A program made the translations under genes and the position numbers. From Folioceros fuciformis (Eukaryota), in the NCBI GenBank assembly GCA_049999805.1, contig JBNGIO010006348.1, positions 99,554-163,553 of the forward strand: a DNA stretch of 64,000 nucleotides, written 5' to 3'. Position 1 is the first letter of the stretch, and every line of letters begins with the position of its first letter. The notes below the pieces were generated by a model, which made no database searches, had not been told where the DNA came from, and was given only the letters and a program-made list of their open reading frames with translations. Below are positions 34,801 through 44,635 of the stretch, in pieces.

Positions 34801-37188
34801 TCCTCCTTCGAAGAGCGAGTGCAAGTTGGCGGATAGCCAACCAGCTCTTTTGGATGTTGAAGTTGAGTTCCCAGACCAGCCCGAGGAATTACTTACTAGT
34901 AGCACAGAATAACTTCTCTTCTTGCACGTTTTCTTGTTGGTCACGGGGTTGCTAACGAACTCTGCACACCTGCAGGCTCGTGTGCAAGACCCTTGCTTCC
35001 ACACGAAATATCAAGTCTCACTGAAAGAGGCCATCAAAAGTTGGAACGTTCATTTCCAATCAGAGCTGGTAAAGCAGGAATCCTTGGTTGTAAGCCTGGC
35101 GGATATTGCCTTCTCATTGCAGACTGTAGAGCAAAGCAAAAAGCATCAGGGGCTGAGGAGCTCACTGAAGGCTCTTGACTTCACTCCAGTTTCATTACCT
35201 TTGGATCCGAGGTGAAAATCGGACCCAGCCGGGTGGGGTAGATGGAGTGTGAACTTTGTGTCATCATGATGCATGTCATCCAACTTTGTGTCCTCACGAG
35301 GCAGGTTTAGGATGATCGGGTTTGTGTTGGAAAGTTGCTACTGCTCGGATTCGGCAGACAACTCCTCTCTTTGGCTGGCGTTTCGAAGGGCTGACCAAAG
35401 GAAGCCTAAGCCCCATGCTCATACATCACAGCTCCCCAAAGACTCGGAAAGTAGCGCAGCAGGAGGTCTTATTGTAGTTATCTTTAAGATCGGTAAAGAT
35501 CTACGCCCGGACATGGTGGGACTGCAGATGCTTTCCGTTATGGAGAAGGTGATGTTTGTTTCCGTGATGCTTGTCATGCCCTTGGTTCTGCTGTCCTACA
35601 TGTTTGTTGCCGTCATTCATGCCGTTCCCTTGGTTCTGTCAAACTCGTTCTCTGTAACATACAAAACGAAGCATCGAGTGGGACGCAATTGCAGATCTGG
35701 AGAAGGGTCGGCATGGACATGAAGATGACAATCTATAAGTGCATGGCGAATGGACCAAATTTTGGCATGGTAGAAATTGTGCAGGATGCAGAATCTTTGA
35801 CATCCATCACCGAGGTGAGTGAGTGAGTGAGTGAGCGACTGTTATTATGCCTCAGACGGGAAGGGAAATTGGCAGCAATTTCGTCCACAGCTCGTTTGGT
35901 TGGTTAGGTTAGGATGAGTTATACTGATCCGAAGGGTGTCTGGCTGTTCATGCGTTGTGCTTATGGCTGCACAAAATGCCAGGGTACAGGAACAGCGGGT
36001 GCATTGTCCGATTGGCTGTTGGCATACAACAGCACAGGTATCATTAGACTCTGTACCCTGGGATACGACGTCATGATGCAATCAGAAAATGCAAGACACT
36101 GTGCTGACCAGCGCTCAAACCCATGGTGTGTCAATAAGAGCTTCAGGCAACAGATATGATGAAGCCGTTAGCAGTCTGATATATTCGTGCGCAGCGTACT
36201 GTGTTGCAACCTGCATTCTTGGTGTTGGAAACAGGAGTGCCGATACAGTTATGGTCAGAAGAACGGGAGAATTTTTCCGTATCCCACAAAGTTTTCCCCT
36301 TTTCTCTCGGGGGGTTTGAGGACTGTAGTGCTTGCTGTACAGGAAAGCCGGTGTGAATGACCTTCGTTCGCTGTACATTAGGTAGTGGGAGTCTGGCCCC
36401 GTCCCTTCGTCGCAGGTGACTAGTACTGGATGTGTGAGCTTGCAATTGGAGCCTTGAACATGCCACGTTTCAGACATTGATTTCAGGCAAATACTGGCCG
36501 AGTTCAGGACGAAACGAAAGCGAGGACAAAGTCGTTTTCTGGTGAGTTGCCTCAGAATGTCCAACAACATCTTTTATCCTTTTGTGCCGAGAATCAGCAA
36601 GCAACAGTTGGCGTCTTATGGGTCCTGACTTGTCTCCCATACATCTGGCCCACTGTGTATTTCCCATGTGCTCCTAAGCATACACATAACTCGTGGGCTT
36701 GTGCAACAGTTCACTCAGCATCTTGCATTTGTGATGGGCGGGGTCTCCGACAAGCGGTTCAAGCTGTTCGAGTACGTGTGCATAGAAGCCTACAACAGAG
36801 TCCGCAACGAGGCCCCATTGCTGCTCAATCTACTTGCATTGGTAACCACCGGCAGGCTCATGAAGTGCAACTGTAGCCCTAGGCCAGGAGTCAGGCTGCT
36901 ACTTGATAATTAACACACACCAGTACCAGCGCATCCAATAGGGCTGCCAGATAATCTACAGGTCCTGAAATATGAGGTTTGTTTCCATGTTCGGCCATGC
37001 AGATGGTGTCCAGTGGCGTTGCCGAACTGTCCAACCCCAAAGACGTGAACCACGTGAGGCAGACTCTCCAGCTTGACAAGAGTGACGTCGACGCTGGACA
37101 CAAGTTCAGGAAGTGGATACACACCAGCCTCAAGCAAGGAGCCACATTCCTCTCCAGGTGTCGTGGATGTGCATCACAAGTGAGCTAA
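31866..37188 (+). CDS. Class I/II-type phosphoinositide 3-kinase homologue (RBD-C2-helical-kinase), probable pseudokinase
   Basis: Hand-spliced, phase-compatible exons give an RBD-like DYTLKLGGVALYL..LSDYKYIQRCI (32281-32793); C2 LLHGAEHLC..WCELLTFPILLFDIPQVVGLNFALY..FGWANFHFLD..MRLW; helical DPVHTKITDEHKHLLWRYR..LPLFLQSVRW..LLQLVQALQYE..FLLRRA..IANQLFWMLK; kinase IFKIGKDLRPDM..KIW..GMVEIV..SCAAYCVAT..GVGNRSADT..HIDFR..MVSSGVAELS. The start codon is tentative. Confidence 0.88.
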
Positions 37189-40100
37189 CACAACACCACC
37201 TTTGCGGATGAACTCTCTTTCACACCCACATGCTGACAAGGCCCTGTGTGTGCAAAGGACGGAGACATCCATCTCTGCCACCCTAGCCACTCGGTAGCAC
37301 CGGAGCTTTGTAGGTGAACCACATACCAAATTCTGGGAGAGCCTCTGTTATGTAGTCCGTGAGTGATAGTTTTGATGAGTCAGTGCTCCTTTCTACCACA
37401 CTGCCACTACCCTGACATCTGGACCTCGTCTAACATTGGCTAAACTCGGCCTTGGAAGAGGCCTACCCTGATTAATCCAAACTCCAAACACGACAACACA
37501 AGAATCTACACTTGGGCTCGCATCCTGGTGTGGGCTAATAGCAGAAGTGGCAGCTCAGGATGCGTCGCCCACATCCCTTACTTTCCTTGCAGCAGGAGCA
37601 TCCTCCAAAAGATACTCCATGGGAATTTACAAAACTGGAGGAATCTCGGCCCGTTCGTTGATCGTAAGTGTGGTTGACTTACTTTCCCTTTCAATACATG
37701 CCGTTCCTTTTTGTTGACAAATTCTCACCTGTTCTCGTCCGACCGACAGCTCGGTTACTGATTCCTTCGAATTCCTGCTCAGTCAACCCCATACGGTTCA
37801 CTCACCCTCCGAGTTGGAGGTGCAGGAAATATTTAATAATACTTTTTCGTTTTTGTTTTTGTTTTTTATTTTTAAATAATATTTTTTTCTGCTTTCTGCT
37901 ACCACTCAAGCCAGCAAGTAGTATGATCCAAAGATTAACAGGGTCCACATTTTTCCCGTTTCCAAGGTCTCCCTCCTCGTGTTGTGCAAGTTGTGAGATG
38001 GAGCAGAATTTAGAGCAAGCTTGCCCTCTAGGAAACCCACCTCCACTTTTNNNNNNNNNNCACTTTTGGGCGTCCCTTTCTTTGGAAGGAAAGGGAAGCT
38101 GTCTCCTGCAATGCACCGGCATCCATCATCAAACAAAACATTCCACAGCAGCACCAAAAGTTGTGAAAGGTGCCAGTGGTGTGAGATATCATCCTCCGTA
38201 GCACACTCCAAGGCTTTATGACCAATCAAGCCATTAATTTATTGATTAAAGTACCTGATTATAAAGGCAATTCGGTTACGCACAGGAGGAGGAGTACAGT
38301 GCTGGTACTGGTGAGTGATACACGGTGGGGTGGGGTCCCTGCGTGTTGTGGGGTAGGAAATAAAATAATTAGGTAGGAAAAGGAAAAGAGGAAAAAAGAA
38401 AAGTGTGTGTGGCAGTGATGCGGATACCGGAGTTGTTTGTTTGTCGTGAGGCGATTTTATTTAAGGAGGACGATGAGGTGATGTCTGGTTGGTGAGAAAA
38501 TGGGTCCGGGTTTGTTTGATTCTGGCCTTACGGTTGCCTGGAGTTATTTTTCATGCGGGAGGGTGAATTCCGGAGTTACCAAAGGGAGGGTAAAGCGGGG
38601 CCTCGTGCCGGACGTGAGGACGACACGCGCTGTGAGCCTCGCTGCCATCGCCCCCGGGTCCTGGCTTGGCGTCCGAGACACCTGGGCAAACACTGTCTGT
38701 CCCAGGACAGCGGCCTGGGCAGAGGGAAAGGAAGGAAGCGAGGCGAGGCGTCTCGTCTTGGACCGGCTCGGACCGGCCCGTTGTGCGATTCACAGGGGCG
38801 GAGGCCTGGGAGGGCGAATCTGTGAGCGTGGCCGGCCCTTCTTCTTCATGACGCGCGTTGTAGGCCATTAGGTACTGCAGCGCAGATCAGGCCACGGCAG
38901 GAGCGGCACGGACTGGCACTGGCACTGGCACTGGCACAGGCACAGGCACAGGCATATTTGGAGAGGCGCGGCCGGTTTCATGTGATGTGCTTGCTTGGCA
39001 ATGAGATGCCACGCTTTCTGTCACCGGACTCCTCCGTGCTGTACAGCGGCTGGGAGCCGCTTTCTCCGGGCGTGAAATCATCTTTTGGGGATGTGCGGCG
39101 GATGGTGTGACGCTGCGCTGCTTCTTGTCCCTTGCTGTGTCTGGGGAGGTGGTTTTCTTGCCAGCCGGAGCCGGGGTTGAGGCCGGGGCTGGGGCTGGGG
39201 CTGGGGCCAAGGTTGCTGCTTCTCTTTCTATATACTCGTGCTTCGCGCATTGGAGGGAGCACTTCGCAACTGCTGCTCTCGCCTCGGGCTGGGCTATTTC
39301 AAGAGTCATTCACACAGGCGCTGCCCCACTCCAGTCGCACCCACCTGCTGCCTAGCCTGCTTTTGCGAAATCGGCCGGGGCCGCTGCTAACCCCACGTGC
39401 TTTTGTGTGTGCGCACCGCCTGGGCGGACTGCATTGGATCGGAGACTGTGCCGTGCTCTCTCTCGGCCTTGGCTGGCTTTGTTTCAAGCTCCAGGGTCTG
39501 TAGCCGAGGTATTTGAAGGCGGCTCCGTGTGGTTGTGCACCCTCGTCCAAGCTCTCGTGTGCGCCCCGCGCTGCTGCAACGGCTGTTTCTGTTGCTGTTA
39601 CTGCTGCTGCTGCTGCTGCTGCGGTGGAGGAGCAGGAGGAGGAGGATTCCAGAGCAAGTGGAAGAGCAAATCTGGCATCAATCAGTGATGTCCTCCTCCT
39701 GTCTTTCCAGTCAAGGCTGCCCTACGGTGTACCACGGATTGGGCTCTTGCAATTGGAAGTGCTGTTGATCTGCTGCCGCTTCCTTACGACACGGGCCTTC
39801 ATGCCTGCCGTGCCGTGTGAGCTTCAGCTTTTGCCCAACAAAAGTACTTGAATAGCGGGAAGAAAGAAGGATACCGAGCTTAATTGCTTACCGAATCTAT
39901 GAGCTCTCTCTCTTTTGTCACAACTCCAATGGCATTCTTTCCAGACGACACCCAGTAAGAATTTCCCTACTCGCACAGTAGTTCGAATCATGAAATGCTG
40001 CCTTGAGCTTCAACTTGTTGTCTGCTTCGTGCACCCGTCACCTGCATTAGTCTTTGCGTGCTTGCAAGCAACAAGTGTGTTGTAGATGAACACACCTGTC

Positions 40101-40439
40101 CAGTTTTGCTTCACTTCCAAGTCATGAAACAAAGTAAGTAGTCGAGTCTGGTAGCTGGGCCATGAGAGAGTAAGCTCGGCGGACTGAGAAGTCGTCGTGG
40201 GTGGTTTGTACGCGTATGTTCAGCATGTACAGACGCTTGCTATCAAACATATGTCCGTGGGAATGAAGGATTGTGGCATACACTCTGCACCAGCTGATGC
40301 ATCGCTGCCGCTCATGATCTCGGCGGGGCTAAGGCAAAATGCAGTGAATCACCAACTGTCGTCCTTGCCGGCAGCTGCTTAACTTCTACAGCCAGATTAT
40401 TGATTTGACAAAGCTTGTGGGCGCGGCTACTGTGTCGCA

Positions 40440-41651
40440 ATGGGTTCAACGCCGGAGGCCAGACCCTCCCTGTCCAAGGACCTCAGCCCATCCAAACCAA
40501 GGAACGCCCAAGTCACAGACTCATCAAGCGTGGAGCAGCCGCTGCACAACCTCAAGATCAGCATAGTGGATCTGGAGGCGTCTCTCTTCTGTGTCAAAAA
40601 TGCGCTGGACTTCAACGTGTGCAGCAAACCGATTGACGGATCCGGGGTGGGCGCCCACACTCTGGCAGTCCACCCCGCTGCTGCAGATCCTCCCAACCCG
40701 GACAAGCTTCAGCTAGAGACGGGCCCGGACTACTCGCAGCGAGCTCCATGGCTGAGGGCAGCCCTGCTAGGAGGAAACGACGGCCTCGTCTCCACTGCGT
40801 CTCTCCTCATGGGAGTCGGGGCCGTGAAGGATGATGTCAAGTCCATGGTCATCACAGGACTCGCCGGGCTCGTGGCCGGCGCCTGCTCCATGGCCATAGG
40901 GGAGTTCGTGTCCGTATACTCGCAGAAGGATCTAGAACTCTCGCAAGTGAAGCGGGAGATCTCTGATTTCAAGCGGGGCGGGCCTGAAGCCCACGCCAGA
41001 AAGCTCGAGGAGCTGGTGGACGTGTTCGTGCAGCGAGGCCTCAGCCAGGCTCTGGCCAGGCAGGTCGCGGAGGAGCTTTCCAAGGGCGAGGATGTGGCCA
41101 AGGTTCACGTCCAGGAGAGGCTCGGCATCAATTTGGACGAGCTTGCCAATCCCGTGCAGGTACAGTACAGTTCAACACTTCCTCCTCCTTCTGCTCCTTC
41201 TAAGGAAACGCAGCGAAGATTAGAACACACAACCTCTGCTCTGCAAAGCCAATCCATCTGCCACTCAACTACTTTTCGGACATCACCATAACAAGTTTCC
41301 TGCATCGCGTGTTGCCAGACGTTGTGGTGATCAGCACGAATAGCTCACAGTCTCACTCTTCTGTTCTGTGGGATTGTGAACCCCCTGCAGGCTGCACTGG
41401 CTTCAGCATTGTCGTTTTCGGTGGGAGCGATGGTGCCGCTTCTGTCGGCAGCCTTCATCTCGCAGCACATGGCGAGGCTGGTGGTGGTGGTAGTGGTTTC
41501 CACAATTGCTCTGGCAGTGTTCGGATCGGCGGGTGCCATGGTCGGGCGAGCGCCCGTGCTAAGAGCTGCAGCCCGCGTGGTTGTGGGTGGATGGGCAGCC
41601 ATGGCCGTCACGTACGGGCTGCTTATGACGTTCGGCTCAGCAGGAGTGTGA
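40440..41651 (+). CDS. Vacuolar iron transporter family (VIT1/CCC1/VTL)
   Basis: DYSQRAPWLRAALLGGNDGLVSTASL, AGLVAGACSMAIGEFVSVYSQ, NPVQ/AALASALSFSVGAMVPLL. Exons 40440-41159 and 41391-41651. Confidence 0.95.
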
Positions 41652-42508
41652 GTGACATCCCGGCCACCCAGTTTCCCCATGGCTAGGCCTTCCCCTCAGT
41701 CCTTGGTCCTTGCTTAGAGCTCTAGCAGAGCGAAATGGCGAAACTCTAATTCGCACCACAGAGCAGCGCCCTAGGTAGCATTCTCTACTGTACTGTGCTA
41801 CAGGTACAATCGTAGGATTCACAATTGTTTCGCCCGCCCAGCCAGGGACGAAAAGCTCTTGTTTCCAGTTTCCTCGTGTCCTGGTTGTCGGCAGATTTGG
41901 AGGCCAATTCGCTGTTCAAAAAAAAAGCAGCAGCAGCAGTAGCAGCAACCCGGTGGAGTTCGCTATGTGATTCAAGACACTCGTAGAGCGCATTTGGACT
42001 CTCATCAGACTCTTAGGCGTTTGGCTCTTCCCAGTTCGCATAAACCTGTAGGCGCCGTCGGCCCAATTTCCTTGACATAGCCCATACGTGTCTGCCCACT
42101 GTCTCTTTATTCCAGGGACTTTTCTTGTAATTAATGCTATGCCTTTATAAACAGCCGTGACGTCGCACAGAAAAGAAAAGTTCGTTTCTGGTTACTTAAT
42201 TATAATTAAAAGAATATTCCGTTGAATTGTGAATGAAAGCTTGGAAGTTTTCTCGGAGCTTCTTCAGGTCTTTCTTAGCCTTGACCTGCATTACTTCAAA
42301 AGTTGTTTGAAACCTCGCTACGGCCTCATTTAGGGTAGTACTTCGTCCGCACCGTCTCAAATGAGCCGCACCCCAAATGCTTGGCCATCGCTGCCTGAAT
42401 AACGTGCAACATCTTCCTGAGGGTCGTGCAGCGGTGGGCTCACGGTCATGCACATTGCAGGACGTGATTCACAAATTCTTGTGCTCCACGGTACATTGAA
42501 ATCCGTTA

Positions 42509-44634
42509 ATGATCTTCCTCCAGTTGCCTGTGGAACATACTTGTGAAAAGAGATGGGATGAACAGCTCCCTCACCACTAGACAGCGTGCATACTCTGACA
42601 GTGTTTGTTCACTGTCGTGTGCAACGAATGGAATCATGAACTACTCCTCGAGAAAGACTTCATAGGCTACTGTACTGAATCATAGGCTACTGTACTGAAT
42701 CGGATTGGATTCAGCGACGACAGACGAAGCCAGAGCCTCCGGAGCATGTGGTCTGAGGGAAGTCGACCACAGAGACCTCGCTGGAGACTTGTCCTCGGAA
42801 ATTGGCGACCTTGCAGTCGGTGGACATGATGTTCGAAGAGAGGAAGGAGGCCTCTTGGGTGAGCATGGGCATGCTCTGCCCGGACTTCTGCTGCTGCTGC
42901 TGGAAGCCGGGAGCGTAGGTCTGGCCCAGCACTCCTGACACGGACGGCGTCAGCGCCTTGAACTGGAAGTTGAGCTCCAGGTGGGCGAAGCAGTTGTCCG
43001 GGGTGATGCCGTAGCGGTGGCGGATGTTGTCGGATCCGGTGACGGGCACGACGAGCACAGAGAGGGAGAACTGGTCCTCCACCTCGATGATGATGCCGTT
43101 GCGGCTCTCGGACCTGGTGACGGTCAGGCCCGCGTGGGGAGCGGTCCAGGCTGCGTCCTTCACCTGCGGGAGGAGGATCGGGAAGGCGTCCAGGGACATC
43201 TCCAGGTAGTCCACGGCGTTGTCGAAGGTGGCCACCTGCAGCCACGGCATTGATTCCACGCACGCGTTGAGCACTTCTGCTCGGATTCGGATGGGTTTAG
43301 CGCAACAACGGATCCCGATGCTAAGGGGTCCGGAGGCGGTAGATGTGTGGGCTCACCTTGCTGGCGCCGACGTACAGCTGGTGATCGCCAAAGAGAATCC
43401 CCAGGGACTGCACCCAGGTGAAGTCCCGCGACATGTGGTCCGCCCGGCGGCCGATGAAGTGGGCATTCACGTGCAGGTGGGAGTCGGAGACGATGCAGAA
43501 GTCGGCGTCCTTGTGGCCGTGGAAGTAGAAGGGCTTGCCGTCGCTGCCTACGAAGACGGGGTCGTCCTTGATGCAGCCTGGGTAGTAGCCCTGGCTGCAC
43601 GGCCTCGGCTTCCACCCAGAAGCTGCAACCAAGTACGAGTAGTATGAGGACTAGTACCAGAACAATTGCCATTGCAACAGTCTAGAGCTTCATCGAGAGG
43701 TGACCTTGCTAGCTAGCTGTAAACATCCCGCTGCTGCACGGAGCAAAACCCATCTCACAGAATCTCTTCCTTACCGTCCACATTGCTGGCCACGGACAGA
43801 ACCAACACCGCCACAATCACAGCTGCCACCTGCACCGATGCCATGCTCCCGAGGGTGGAGCTTGCTTACAACTCTCCAACCGCCTGCTGAAGAAACAGCC
43901 GCTGTGGAAGAAGAAGAGAGTCTGCCTGTAAGGCCGAGCAGGCCGCTCTTTATACTCTCTTCGAGTGTGCGTTGAAATCGACTTCCAGATCGGGCACGTG
44001 CCTCGCTTGCAAGCCATGCAGCGGGGCGGGGCCATCTTCTACTGTCATTTGGTTAACTGGCCAGGCCTCGGGTTGTTTCCGCACTAAAGATACATACCGC
44101 GGCAGCCTCGCTCAGTCGCAGCCTGTCCATGTTCGGGCGCCAATTTCTTTCGTACGTTCTGGGAAACTCCATGGCAAGCATTCTCCGATTCGCCTCTCAT
44201 CAATCATGATTTAAAACACATTTAAGCCCGAGAATGCGGTGCCAGGCCTGTGAATGCGTGCGCCAACTGCACAAGCCTGCCCGCCCTTGTTTAAAGACAG
44301 GTGTTTCGGCCAACCATGGCCTTCCGTCCGTCTTCCAAGTGCATTATTACACGACCTGGCCCAGGCTGGCCTGTGTTGCACCAATCTCCTGGCCCACCAT
44401 CCCGCACTTCAGGGAGTATGTTGACCGGGCTCCTACTTGGTGCATTGCAATATTTGGGCATTTCAGCGATGATTTGTTTGAGATTCTCCGGGAAGTCCTC
44501 GTTGCCATTGGTGCAAAATGCAGTCCACATGGGAAACGTTGCAACCGCATATGCGCCATGCCATTTCATGGCCTGTTTGCATCTCTTGGCTTGATGGCAA
44601 TGTATATTTCAAGCGTGGGACAGACACTCTTCTC
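42509..44634. repeat. Left arm of a ~2.1-kb inverted duplication (right arm about 50089-52236)
   Basis: Reverse-complement match across 3' flank, exons, introns and about 0.8 kb of upstream sequence. Start and stop coordinates are symmetric (43844+50908 = 42711+52041). Confidence 0.92.
42711..43844 (-). CDS. Root_cap-domain secreted protein, copy 2
   Basis: Same 3-exon structure as copy 1; signal peptide MASVQVAAVIVAVLVLSVASNVD; ends FVCRR. Confidence 0.93.
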
Positions 44635-44635
44635 A

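Noticed and set aside
31866-37188. Annotating the kinase as ordinary VPS34 or PI4K
   Set aside because: The RBD-like exons and the LRxDM, KIW and YCVAT signatures do not fit Vps34, and RBD plus C2 does not fit PI4K.
38500-39850. ORFs with PAPAPA, PVPVPV and poly-Ala/Cys tracts
   Set aside because: They are kept open by GC-rich microsatellites (ggcact/ggcaca, ggggct, tgc); no domain or convincing gene structure.
39880-40190. Possible MIR156 precursor hairpin
   Set aside because: No well-paired star arm on either side of the miR156-like 20-mer.
42667-43672. Long alternative-frame and antisense ORFs over the Root_cap genes (also over copies 1, 3, 4 and the PPR)
   Set aside because: Shadow frames arising from codon bias of the real genes (high third-position GC in the Root_cap copies).
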